64,000 bases of DNA from the human T2T-CHM13v2.0 reference genome, Homo sapiens: assembly GCF_009914755.1 (NCBI RefSeq), contig NC_060929.1. The stretch is one strand, 5' to 3'. The position numbers and the translations under genes are program-made. The notes under the pieces were generated by a model, which had not been told where the DNA came from, did no database searches, and saw only the letters and a program-made list of their open reading frames with translations. Shown here piece by piece: positions 15,663 through 29,481 of this stretch (positions within the stretch are counted from its first letter, which is position 1; every line of letters begins with the position of its first letter).

Positions 15663-18219
15663 CTAAGTATTTTTTTTTTTTTTGCAGCTGTTGTAAAAGG
15701 GATTGAGTTCTTAATTTGATTCTCAGCTTGGTTATTATTGGTGTATAGCAGTGTTGCTGATTTGTGTGCATTGATTTTGTATCCTGGAACTTTACTGAAT
15801 TCATTTATCAGATCTAGGAGCTTTTTGGATGAATCTTTAGGGTTTTCAGAGTACATGATCATATTGTCAGCAAACAGCAACAGTTTTAACTTCCTCTTTT
15901 CCAATTTGGATGCCCTTTATTTCTTCCTCTTGTCTGATTACTCTGGATGAGACTTTCAGTACTATGTTGAATAGAAGTGGTGAAAATGGGCATCCTTGAC
16001 TTATTCCAGGTCTCAGGGGGAATGCTTTCAACTTTTCTCCATTCAATATGATGTTGGCTGTGGGTCTGTCATAGATGGCTTTTATTACTTTGAGGTATGT
16101 CCCTTCTATGCCAATTTTCTTGAGGGTTTTTATCATAAAGGGATTTTGAATTTTATTAAATGCTTTTTCAGCATCAATTGAAATGATATATGGTTTTTGG
16201 TCTTCATTCTGTTGATATGATGTATCATATTGATTGATTTGTGTATGTTGAATCATCCTTGTATCCCTGGGATAAATCCCACTTGGTCTTTTAACTGTAT
16301 TGTTGAATTCAGTTTGCTAGTATTTTGTTGAGGATTTTTGCATCAATATTCATCAGATATATTGGCCTGGAGTTTTATTTTATTTTGATGTGTCATTGTT
16401 TGGTATCAGGATAATACTGGCCTCATAGAATCAGTTTGGAAGTTAACCCCTCCTCTACTTTTTGGAATAGTTTGAGTAGGATTGGTATTAGTTCTTCTTT
16501 AAATGTTTGGTAGAATTTGGCAGTGAAGCCAATGGGGCCCAGGCTTTACTTTGCTGGGAGACTTTTTGTTACAACTTTGATCTAATTACTTGTTATTGGT
16601 CTGTTTAGGTTTTAATTTCTTCATAGATCAACCTTGGTAAGTTGTATGTGTCTAGGAATTTATCCATTTCCTCTAGATTTTTAAATTTATTGGCATATAG
16701 TGGCTCATCATAGCCACTAATGATCCTTTGAATTCCTGCAGTATCAGTTGTAATGCCTCCTTTTTCAGCTCCGATTTTATTTACTTGGGTCTTCTCTCTT
16801 TTTTTCTTCATTAGTCTGTTTAAAACTTTGTCAATTTTATTTATCTTTTCAAAAGATTGACTTTTTGTTTTGTTGATCTCTTGTATTTTCATCATTTCAA
16901 ATATATTTCTGCTTTGATCTTTATTATTTTCTCTACTAATTTTGGATTCAGTTTGCTGCTGCTTTTCTAGTTCTTTAAGATGTATAGTTAGGTTATTTAA
17001 AATGAGGTTTTCATTCTTTTCCAATGTAGGCAATTACAGCTACAAATTTCCCTCTAATAGTACTCCTTTTGTTGTATCTCATAGGTTTTGGCATGTTGTG
17101 TTTCCATTATCATTTGTTTGAATCAAATTTTCAATTTCCTTTTAAATTTCTTTATTGACCCACTGGTCATTCAGGAGCATATTGTTTAATTTCCATGTGT
17201 TCATGTAGTTTCCAAAATTCCCCTTTTTTATTTCTAATTTTACTTCATTGTGGTCAGAGAAGAATCTTGATATGATATCATTTTTAAAAAAATATTTTAG
17301 GACTTGTATTGTGACTAGCATATGGTCTATCTTTGAGAATGATCCACGTGCTGAGAAGAATGTGTATTCTGCAGCTGTTGGATGAAATGCTCCATAACTA
17401 TCTATTAGGTCAATTTGTTCTATAGTGCAGATTAAGTCTGATGTTTCTTTGTTGAGTTTTTGTCTGTCAGTTCTGTCCAATACGGAAAGTGGGGTGTTGA
17501 ATTCTCCACCTATTATTGTATTGTGATCTCTATCTCTCTTTTAGCTCTAATACTATTTGCTTTTTATATCTGGGTGCTTCAATGGTGGGTGCATATATAT
17601 TTATAATTGTTATATCCTCTTGCTGAATTGACCCCATTATCATTGTACAAAGACCTTCTTTGTCTCTTTTTGGAGTTTTTGTCTTGAGATCTATTTTATC
17701 TGTTATAAGTGTAGTTACCCCTGCTCCTGTTTTGTTTCCATTAGCAAGGAATATCTTTTCCCATGTCTTTATTTTCCAGTCTATGTGTATCTTCATAGGT
17801 GAAGTGTTTCTTGTGGGCAACAGATCATTGGGTCATGTTTTTTCATCCATTCAGCCACTTTATTTCTTTTTATTGGAGAGTTTAGTCCATTTACATTCAA
17901 TATTTTCATTTAAGTAGGAACTTCCTCCTGCCATTTTGTAATTTGTTTTCTCGTGGTTTCATGGTCATCTCTCCCTTCTTTCCATCTTCTTTTTCATGAA
18001 AATAATTTTCTCTGGTGGTATGATTTAATTTCTTGTTTTTTATTTTTTGTGTATCCATTGTATGTTTTTCCATTTGAGGTTACATGAGGTTTATGACTTA
18101 TCTTATGACCCATTATTTTAAACTGATGGCAACTTAACAGACTGCATAAACAAAAAACAAACACACAAAAGGAAGACTAATAAAAGTTCTACACTTTAAC
18201 TGTATCCTCCTGCTTTTAA

Positions 18220-18570
<351 letters not shown>

Positions 18571-18946
18571 AGGTTGTTATTATTTTTGACCAGTTCATCA
18601 TTTACTCTTTCTACTTAAGATAAGTTTACATACCACAATTACAGTGTTATAATATTCTGTGTTTTTCTGTATGCCTATTCTTACCAGTAAGTGTCTCGGC
18701 ATTGAAGAGCTAGGTATTTCTTATAGTCTTTGCAGTCTGGGCTTGTTTATCCCTGTCCTTCTTGAGAAGGTTTTCCAGAAGGTTTTTATTTGAAGGAGCT
18801 TGGGCCTCAATCCCAATAATACTGTGGTTTTTGCAGACTAGTAGAGGTACCATCTTGGAGGTCTTGAATAAGATCCAGAATGATTATCTGGATTGCCAGG
18901 CAAAAGCACTTGTTCTTTTCCCTTACTTTCTGTCAAACAGTCTCTT

Positions 18947-18950
<4 letters not shown>

Positions 18951-18984
<34 letters not shown>
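18951..18984. repeat. (TC)n microsatellite
   Basis: Pure TC run. Confidence 0.9.
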
Positions 18985-18987
<3 letters not shown>

Positions 18988-20652
18988 GTGCTGGGCCATC
19001 TTGAACTAGGGGTATGGTGATGCAAGCACTCCTGTGGCCCCCACTTTGGATTGTGCTGGGTCAGACCTATAGCCAGCACAGCCCTGGGTCTTGTCCAAGG
19101 CCTGCTGTAACCACTACCTGACTACCACCTATGTTCACTCAAGGCCCTAGGGCTCTAAGATCAGCAGGGGGTGACACCAGCCAAGTTTGCATCCTTCCCT
19201 TTAGGGTAGCAAGTTCCCCCTGGCCCTGGGCAGGCCCAGAGATGCTACTTGGGAGTCAGGGATTGGAGTCAAAATACTTAGAAATTTGCCTGATATTTTA
19301 TTTGACTATGGCTAAGCTGGCACTCAAACCACAAGACAAAGTCTTTCCCATTCTTCCCTCCCCTTTCCACAGGCAGAGGTGCCTCTCCCTGTGGCCAGTA
19401 CTACCACTGGTCCACAGGGAATCTGCCTGGCCACTGCTGATGTTCACTTAAAGCTTAAGGGCTGTTCAGTTGTGTTGTGGTGAATGCTGCCAGGCCTGGG
19501 ACTCTTCAAGGAAGTGGGCACCCCTCTGCCCTGGGGAAGATCCAAATATGCTTTCCAGGAGCCAAAGCCTGGACTTGGGGACCCCAAGAGCATGCTTGTT
19601 GCTCTACTCCACGTGGCCAAACTGGTACCAAAGGTGCAAGACAAAGTCCCCTTTACTTTTTCCTCTGTTTCTGTCAAACAGAAGGAGTCTTTCACTGTAG
19701 CCACCACAACTAGGAATGTGCTGGATCACACCTGAAGTCAGCACATCTCAGAACCTAAGGCCCACAGTATACTACCTGGATATCACTGCTGGTTATTTGG
19801 TGCCCAAGGGCTCTTTAGTCAGCAGGTGATTAATCTTGCCAAGACTGGGTCCTTCCCACCAAGGCAATGGGTTTTCTATTTGTCCAGGGTGTGTCTAGAA
19901 ATGTCATCCATGAGCTAGGGCCTGGAATGCGGGCCTCATGACTCTACTCAATGCCCTATCCTACTGTGGCTGAGCTGGTATCCAAGATGCAAGACAAAGT
20001 CCTCTTTACTCTTTGCTCTCCTCTCCTTAAGCAGAAGGAAGGAGTGACTTTTGTTGCTGCAAGCTTCACTGCCTGGGATTAGGGGAGGGGTGGCACAAGC
20101 ACTCCCTTAGCTGCCCCAGCTGATGACTTCCTAGGTCATGTGCCACCCCTATCCCTCTGGTTCTGAGCCCAGCCCAGCACTAGGAGTTACCTAGGAATTG
20201 CAATCCTTGTGTCCTAGACTGTCTTTCAAGTTTACCTAGAACCTCAGAGCACTTAAGCATATAGTGGTGAGGCTTGCTGAGTTCTGACTGCTGGGATGAG
20301 TGATTCGCCTCTGGCCAGGCCTGTTCCAAAATCTCCCTTCATGTGCAGCTGCTGGCTGAGTCCAGCACAGTGTTGTTCCCTGCTACGACAGCACCGAGTT
20401 TAATGTAAAGTTCCCCAGTTGCTGTGCTTTACTTCCTCCAAGTGCGCAGACTCCCCACGTTGCTCAGCTGCTGCTGGGGGATATGGGAGGGCTGATGGTG
20501 GTGATCCCAGAGTGTCTCTCCAACCCTCTTCAATGCCTCTTTTAGTGATACGTTGTTAAATCTAGGTACTACGATTGCTCACCTGATGTTTGGTTTTTGT
20601 AATGACGCTTTTCTGTGTGCAGATAGTTGTTACAATTTGGTGTTCATGTGGC

Positions 20653-20668
20653 GGGGGGGGGGGGGGGG
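20653..20668 (+). repeat. G16 homopolymer
   Basis: 16 consecutive G. Confidence 0.9.
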
Positions 20669-20706
20669 ATGGTGTAGGCTTCTGTTCCACTATCTTGCTC
20701 CACCTC

Positions 20707-21819
20707 AATAGTCTGATGTGCAGAAGCTCTTTAGTTTAATTAGGCCCCATTTGCCAATTTTTGTTTTTGCTGCAAGTGCGTTTGGCATCTTTGTCATGAA
20801 ATCTTTGCCAGGGCCTATGCCCAGAATGATATTTTCTAGGTTTTATTCTACGGTTTGTATAGTTTTAGGTTTTACATTTAACTCTTTAATCCATCTCAGG
20901 CTGATTTTTGTTCATGCTGAAAGGAAGGGGTCCAGTTTTCAGTCTTCTGCATATGGTTAGCTAGTTATCCCAGCAATATTGAGTAGGAAGTCCTTTCTCC
21001 ATTGCTTGTTTTTGTTGAAGATCAGATAATTGTAGGTGTGCAGCTTTATTTCTGGGTTCTCTAACCTGTCCCATTGGTCTATGTGTCTGTTTTTGTATTA
21101 GTACCATGTTGTTTTGGTTACTGTAGCCTTGCAGTATAGTTGAAGTTGGGTAGTGTGATGTCCTTCTTGTTCTTTTTGCTTAGGATTGCTTTGACTATTT
21201 GGGCTCTTTTTTTTTTCCATATGAATGTTAGGATAGTTTGTTTTTCTAATTCTATGAAAAATAATGTTGGTAGTTTGATAGGAACATCATTGAATCTGTG
21301 AATTGCTTTGGACAGTATGGTTATCTTAACAATGTTGTTTCTTCCTACCCATGAGCGTGGAAGGTCTTTCCATTTGTTTTATCATCTCTGATTTCTTTCA
21401 GTAGTGTTTTATAATTCTTTTTATAGAGATCTTTCACATCCTTGATTAGCCATATTCCTAGGTATTTTCTTTTTGTGTATGTCTATTGTAAATGGCATTG
21501 TGTTCTTGATTTGGCCCTCAGCTTGGATGTTGTTGGTGTACAGAAATGCTGATTTTTGTACATTGATTTTGTATGCTGAAACTTTGCTGGAGGTTTTATC
21601 AGATGTAGGAGCTTTTTGGCAGAGAATATAGGGTTTTCTAGGTATAAAATTATATTGTCTGCTAAGAGAGATAGGTTGACTTCCTCTCTGCCTATTTGGA
21701 TGCCTTTTATTTCTTTCTCTTGCCTGATTTCTCTGGCCAGGACTTCCAGTAGGATGTTGAATAGGAGTGGTGACAGTGGGCATCCTTGTCTTATTCCAAG
21801 TCTCAAGGGGAATGCTTTG
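20707..21819 (-). mobile_element. Outer host L1 ORF2, continuation
   Basis: ORF 21483-21878 ([19 protein letters not shown]) RT remnant. Confidence 0.8.
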
Positions 21820-21928
21820 GATGGTACCAATCCTTTTAAACTTATTGAGGATTGTTTTAGATAATGTTCCATGTGCAATTGAGAAGAATGTATATTATGC
21901 TGCTATTGGCTATATGTTCTATAGATGT

Positions 21929-22290
21929 TGCTATGATATGAATGTTTGTGTTCCCCAAATTCATAAATTGAAACCTAATTCTCATGTTGATGGTATGAAG
22001 AGGTGAGACCTTTCAAACATAATTAAGTCATGAGGGCAGAGCCCTCATGAATGGGATTGGTGCCCTTATAAAAGAGGCCCAGAGAGGTGCCTTGCCTCTT
22101 TCACCATGTGAGGACACAGCAAGAATGTGACATCCATGAACCAAAAAGTGGCCCCTCCCCAGACACTAAATCTGCTGGTGCCTGAATCATGAACTTTCAA
22201 GCCTCTAGAACAGTGAAAAATAAATCTCTCTTGTTTATTAACTACACAGCATATGGCATTTTGTTATAATATCCTTAACAGACTAAGACA
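21929..22290 (+). mobile_element. MLT1A-type MaLR solo LTR
   Basis: tgctatg...gactaagaca; TSD GATGT/GATAT. Confidence 0.8.
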
Positions 22291-23115
22291 GATATCGTTT
22301 AGGTTAGTTGGTTTTTAGTGTTGTTCACATCTTTCATTTCCTAGTGATCTTCTGCCTAGTTGTTGTCCATTATTGGAAGTGGAGTATTAAAGTCTCCAGT
22401 TATGACTATTGAATTGTCTATTTCTCCCTTCATTTCTGCCAGTTTTTGCTTCATGTGTTTTGGGGCTCTATTATTAGATGCAAGTATGTTTTTAGTTGCT
22501 ATATCTTCCTGATTGGTCCTTTTGTCATTATAAAATGTCCTTCTTGATTTCTAGTAACGCTTTTTGTCTTGTCTGTTTTGTCTGATATTAGTGTAGTCAC
22601 TCCAGCTATCTTGTGGTTGCTGTTTGTACAATATATGTTTTCCCATTCTTTTACTTTCAATCTGTTTGTATCTTTGAATCTAAAAGTGTCTCCTGCAGAC
22701 AACACATAGTTGGATGTTGTTTTCCTAAAAACTCTAGACTGACAATTCTGCCTTTTGATTGGGTTCTTTAATGTATTCACATGATGTTACTATTGATATA
22801 TTTGGATTTATGTTTGTTATTTTACTCCTTTTTCTATATGTTTTAATTCTCTTTTTTTCCTATACTTTTCATTTACTGATTTATATTAAGTGAATATTTT
22901 AGAATGTAACATGGTAATTTTTAAAATAAATTTTAAACTGTATCTTTTGAGTTATTTTCACAGTAGTTTCTCTAGAGTTTACCATATATATTTTAGCTTA
23001 TTGGTATCTGCTTCAGATTTATATTAACTTAATTCTAGTGAGATATAAATATGTTACTTCTAGATAGCTTTATTTCTCTTCTGCCTTTTGTATTACTGTT
23101 ACACATATTACATCT

Positions 23116-23546
23116 TGTGGTGGATTGAATTGTGGGCCTCAAAAATATATGTCCACATAGTAACCTTTGGAACCTGTGACCTCATTTGGAAATAAGTCTT
23201 TGAAGACATAATTATATTAGAGATTTGGGGATGAAATTACCCTAAATTTTCAGGTGGGGGCTAATTCCAGTGAAAAGTTTGTTTTGTTTTTTAAATAAGA
23301 GATAGAAGATGAGAAAACAGACACAGAGGAAAAGGCCATGCGAAGATGGAGACAGAGATTGGAGTGATGTCAACAGCCACCAACACCTGGAAAAGGCAGA
23401 AACAGATTCTCCGTAGAGCCTCTAAAGGGAGTGCAACCTTGCCAACATCTTGAGTTTTAATTCTCCTCTCCAAACCTGGGAGAAAAACTGTCTTAAGCAA
23501 CCCAGTGTGTAGTAATTTGTCACAGCAGCCACAGAAAACCAATGCA
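23116..23546 (+). mobile_element. MLT1B/C-type MaLR solo LTR
   Basis: tgtggtggattgaattgtgg...aaaccaatgca; TSD CATCT/CATTT. Confidence 0.75.
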
Positions 23547-23893
23547 CATTTATAGTATTATATACCCAACAATACATCGCTATAATAATTATTACTTTAT
23601 GTAATCTTATATTTTTTAGAGGCACTAAGAGAAAAAAGGAGAAAATTATATATTTATGGCATTTCTTATTTGTCATTGCTAGTTCTATTCATTTATTCTT
23701 GTGGATTCATATTACCATCTGGTGTCTTTTTTTAATCAGATACAGCTGTTCTCCCACACACCTCTTTTATACTGTAATTGACAAATTTGTTATATTTCTG
23801 TATGTTTTTGGTCCAACAATAGAGTTCTACATACTGTTTTATGCAATTCGTTAGACTCAGGTTTTCTATTTCACCTTCGAAGTGTGGCCCTTA

Positions 23894-24212
<319 letters not shown>

Positions 24213-24318
24213 TTAAAGTCATATTTTGGTTCTCAAATCAGTTCCAAGAGTAGGTGATCTAGCCCTTTCATTCTAAACACTACACATGTAGTACTAGAGT
24301 ACAATATTGTATTTGCTT

Positions 24319-24480
24319 ATTTTTTCAGAGTCAGGGTCTTGCTATGTTTTCTAGACTGGGGTGCAGTGGGGCAATCATAGCTCACTCTAACCTTGAACTC
24401 TTGGGCTCAAGAGAATCCTCCTGCCTCAGTCTCCTAAGTAGCTAGGACTACAGGTGCACACCACTACACCCAGCTAATGC
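24319..24480 (-). mobile_element. Alu right-arm monomer (FRAM/AluJ)
   Basis: Diverged Alu right arm. Confidence 0.7.
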
Positions 24481-26514
24481 ATTTTTTTTAACACACATAA
24501 AGCACAGTTTTTTCACAATAGATTGACAACGATAATTCACGTCTTTTTTGCTAGATGATATTAAGCCACAGATCAAAAAGTCCTAGACTTTTATACTTAC
24601 TTGAAAAAAACCTCAAATTTGCTGAATGCCATTGTATTAAGAGCTAATCTGTCTGGTCCAATCACATAATATATTTGCCTATATTCAAGTTTCATATTTC
24701 TACATATTTGATAAACATTCACACTAGATTTTCCTCTGTGCTGCAGACAAAAATTTTCTTCAATGGTGTCTGAAAAGGGAGGCCTGCAACCACTACCAAA
24801 CCACTCTACCTGAGATTAGTTTATTAGATAGTGCCTAACCTGAAATAAAAATCTGCTGATAGAACATTCTGCAAAAAAAGCTCTATTATGTTATAGTAGA
24901 GCTCATACTATATTATGGTTTCAAAGGTAATAAGAAAAATATCATCAGATCATCATTATGGTAGCTATTTTAAGGGAATTTAATAAAAATTTAACAGTTA
25001 TCATCAAACACTGGCCACCTCAATTTTAAACAGTAAACACACGAATTACTCCCATAAAAATTATAAGCATAACAGGACACTTCTTGGCTACTATTCAATA
25101 CTGACTTGGATGTTCTAGATAACACAAGATAAGATACATGTGTGAATATCTATACACATATAGACATATTTATAGATGTGTGTGTATATATACAGTATAT
25201 ATATAAGATTTTAGAAAGGAGGATAAATATATATTACATGATAAAACTTATAGTCAATATAATTTTACACTTGTAAAATCCCAGAGAACCAAAGGAAAAA
25301 ATAGAACTAAAAAAGAGTTCAATGAAATGATTAGTTTAAAAAAATAAATATAAAAAATGTAATTTTCCCACATACCTTCAAAATGTAGCAATCCCACTAA
25401 GCAAAAAGTGGTATTTCTACCAACTATAGATAAATGAAAATTCACCTTTAAATGTCTCTTATCCTCCATGAAACTCATCAAAAACAACAAAAAGTACAGC
25501 AGACAAAAAAAAGTCTTATCTTTAATGAAACTTTGTAAAACATTTGAACCTCAACCATGATGTGTATGAAGATAAGTTACTAAGTGCCATGAAGATTGGA
25601 CCAAGATATGAAAATGCTAGGAGAGGATACCTTTCACTGAAGATCTTGGAAAGGGTTGGTATATTGGTATTTTCTAGAGTAGTGATTCTCACTGAGATGC
25701 AAAACCAAAGACTCCTTGTTTTGGATTAAAAAGATCTAGGTACAGAGGCTGAGGGCAGAACTCTCTCATTATCCTATTTGTCAACACAAAATAGGAGAGA
25801 AGGCAGGACTAAATCTGAGAGTGAGCAGATGCACCATTATTTCAAGATTGAACCTAAGGATGTGGCAAGGTAAGGAGAAAAGTCAGGATGACAAGTTGCC
25901 CTGCAGCCGCCAGTTCTCATCAGTTGAAGATATATTAAAACTATGGTACACATAAGCCACTCCATCAAACAGTAAATATGGCTATACTGCAAGCAGTAAA
26001 AAAGTGAACAGGCTCTGCTTCCATACAGTCAAGAACAAAAAGAAACACTTGACAAGGTTGAGAAAAATAAATGGAAAAAAATAAAGAATTTAAAAGAACT
26101 GGAGAGAAAACTGTAGCTTTGGAATACAGAAAAAGGAGATACAGCATACTGCTAATAGATGTCCTCAAAGAGACCAAATACATAGACAAGGGGAAAAAAT
26201 CCAAAGACATCATTCAAGAAAAAATTTTGAGATACAAATAAACTTCAGACTTTTACTTCCAGCAATGGAAATCCAGTTTGTCTTCAGCCAGTGGCATATC
26301 TCAGACAATAGGCAAGCCATGAGAATGGTTGTTGGACTGCAGTTTCGGACTCTATTACTACATGTATAGTATTTAGAATAAAAGAGCTAGGTCTCCTCAT
26401 GTCAGCACTTATTTGACCAATGGGAGTATGATTTTAAGTTTTTAGGGTCACACTTTGAAGGTGGAATATAAAAAAAATTATAGAAAGATAAATTTTTGTT
26501 CAGATGCATCTACT

Positions 26515-26848
26515 GCAGCAATTTGGGAGGCTAAGGTGAAAGGATCGTTTGAGACCAGCTGGGCAACATAGTGAGACCTTGTCTCTACAAAAAATTAAAA
26601 ATTAGCTGGGCGTGGGGGCGCTTGGCCTAGAAGTTCAAGGACAGTTTGGGCAACATAGTGGGACCCTATCTTTATAAAATATTTTTAAAAATTAGTTGGG
26701 CATGGTGGTGTGTGCCTATAATCCTGGCTACTTGGGAGGCTGGGGTGGGAGGATCACCTGAGCCCAGAGAGGTAGGGGCTGCAGTGAGCCATCTTCACAC
26801 CACTGCACTCCAGCCTGGATGATGAAGTGAGATTCTGTCCCAAAAAAA
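26515..26848 (+). mobile_element. Rearranged AluJ with an internal duplication
   Basis: gggcaacatagtg...aaattag.tgggc occurs twice before the right arm. Confidence 0.7.
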
Positions 26849-27900
26849 GGACAAAATGAAATATCAGCAATGAAAGGTCCTGCTAAAGAGAAGGTTTGTT
26901 AATTCATAATTTTAATGTTTATCTGGTCATCTTATCCAAAAGGCAAAAATCTTTAGCCTCCCTTATCTTTGGGATATCGTTCTCTCTTAAATGTTGCTTT
27001 CTCACAAATCCCAATTTACTTGAATAAGAATGCAATGTTATGCCAAAAGTTAGGGAGGCATATGGTGGGACAAATCCTACTGGGTGGATGGTTTCTTCAT
27101 TCTTTTCACAAATGAAATCTTCTGAAAATAGACGTCAGTGGCAGTTTAAATAGAGAAATGGGAAAAAGGGAAGCCAAAAATCTGAGAAGCGTGTGAAAGA
27201 GGAGGAGTTTCTGTGAAGATTTCCCATACTGTTCTCTGTATGCATTTTTCCTTTTTTCCTCACGCCCTAATCTATACCCACACATACTATCCCTCTAGGT
27301 GCAGCTCAGAATTCCTAAACCTGGTATAATTGGAGGCATGGCTGCAGACCTAAAAGTTCGGTACATCTTTACAGTTGTATTTCATCTGTTTAAGGCAGAA
27401 AGAATAAATTTTCATTCCAAAGCAGTTAGCTTGCTTAGCAGCATTAATTTAAAATGAAGAAATGCACATCCTAATCTCTGGCACTGAAGCAGAAAATTAG
27501 TTTTGGTTTAGAAATTTGGTGAAGAATAAGTTCAATTTTTATGGGCTGTTTTGCATCCTGGTGAGATCTAATGAGGTCTGTACTTGTGACTACCTAATAG
27601 GCTGACATGTTTCCTCCTTTAATTTTATCTGAGACTTGGTGTCAATGATTTTTTGGTTTCTTAATTCAAAAAGGCAAACTAGCCAAGGGGTATTTACTAC
27701 TTATATTGCCTTATATCACAGTGTGCCCTTTCTAGTTCCCTAGAAGAGATAACGAATGGGTTTGTGTGTTTAGGGAGGTAACTGGTTTTTAGTGGAACAC
27801 TGGCATTATCAATCCCACTCTTAGTGTTAAAAAGAGAATGCCCGAGCTACCCCTCTCCCCACCATTTTAATCAGCAATTTTTAAATGTTTTCAAATATTA

Positions 27901-28420
<520 letters not shown>

Positions 28421-28826
28421 AAAAAATTTCAAACATACACAAAAGTTGAGAGAATTGTGTAATTGACCCCAATGTACCATCACCCAGCTTCAATAATTAT
28501 CGATACTTTTAGGCAGGTTTCTACCAGAAAATATGTCCTGGAAACTTTAATTCTTGATCTGTGTTCAGATTTTGCCTTTCAAATGTTTCATTATTGGGGC
28601 TTTGGACATATTGCACCTGTATTAAAAGAAGGATTTGAGTGAGGAATTTAGTGCTTCATAGTCAATAGTCAATGAGTCTCCTTTTGGCTCGCCTCCTTCT
28701 TAGGGAAAGGAACTGGTTGTAGGGTGTTAGGCAGAATTTGGGTGTATCTGTTGTGGCTCAGAGATGTTTCTCATAGAACTGATCACTGTCCCAATATCCA
28801 CGCAAAAGACCAAATTAAAAGCGAGG

Positions 28827-28936
28827 AGAAATACCTAATGTAAATGACAAGTTAATGGGTGCAGCACACCAACATGGCGCATGTATACATATGTAACAAA
28901 CCTGCACGTTGTGCACATGTACCCTAGAACTTAAAG

Positions 28937-28975
<39 letters not shown>
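28827..28975 (+). mobile_element. Extremely 5'-truncated L1PA (~110 bp) with an (AAT)13 tail
   Basis: agaaatacctaatgtaaatgac...cttaaagtata L1PA 3' end; TSD AAAGCGAGG at 28818 and 28976. Confidence 0.9.
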
Positions 28976-28978
<3 letters not shown>

Positions 28979-29427
28979 GCGAGGGTGGGTATCTAGCCTA
29001 TTCTTATCCTGCCTCATGGTGTTTTCTAAATATTTACAGAAAGAAAATTTACAGAGTAGTTTCCTGGTCAAACTCTAATGAGTATCTCAGTACTTTCCCC
29101 TCCACTTCTCACGTCTTCTTTGGGGACGGGTCGTCAAGTCTTTGAGTTTCTAGTTATTGCTATTGACTGGTTTATAACCTCCTCTTTCACCCAGATCGTC
29201 AAGGGCCGTTTGCAAAGCACTCCCAAGTAGAGCCTCTTGGAGAAGGAGAAACTGCTATCACGCAAAAAAAAAGCCTTGAGCTCGCTGGCTCCGCTGCCTC
29301 GAAAAGCCAGAGTCCGGAGGCAGTTTGATGCGGACACTATTCCCCAACCTTCTTCCCCTCCTTGTCGTCTCTATTGCCCTCTTGGCAGCTCCTGGGATAC
29401 AAGAGGGTGCAGGACAGACTTCAACCC

Positions 29428-29481
29428 GCAGCAGGATCCAGCGCGGAAAGCTCTGCAGCAGGATCCAGCGCGGAAAGCCCC
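29428..29481. repeat. Tandem duplication with 27-bp period in the promoter CpG island
   Basis: GCAGCAGGATCCAGCGCGGAAAGC (24 bp) occurs identically at 29428 and 29455. Confidence 0.95.

Larger units (their letters stand above)
7359..16119 (-). mobile_element. L1PB 3' portion, copy B (7359-9100 and 15663-16119), split by HERV-L
   Basis: Second L1PB 3' UTR followed by ORF2 remnants; sequence is continuous across the provirus TSD (tattccgaag|...|ctaagtattttt). Confidence 0.82.
21820..23850 (-). mobile_element. Old L1M fragments (endonuclease region) hosting two MLT1 LTRs
   Basis: ORF 22499-22780 resembles L1 EN (RLKVKEWENIY...GHFIMTKG); boundaries approximate. Confidence 0.6.
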
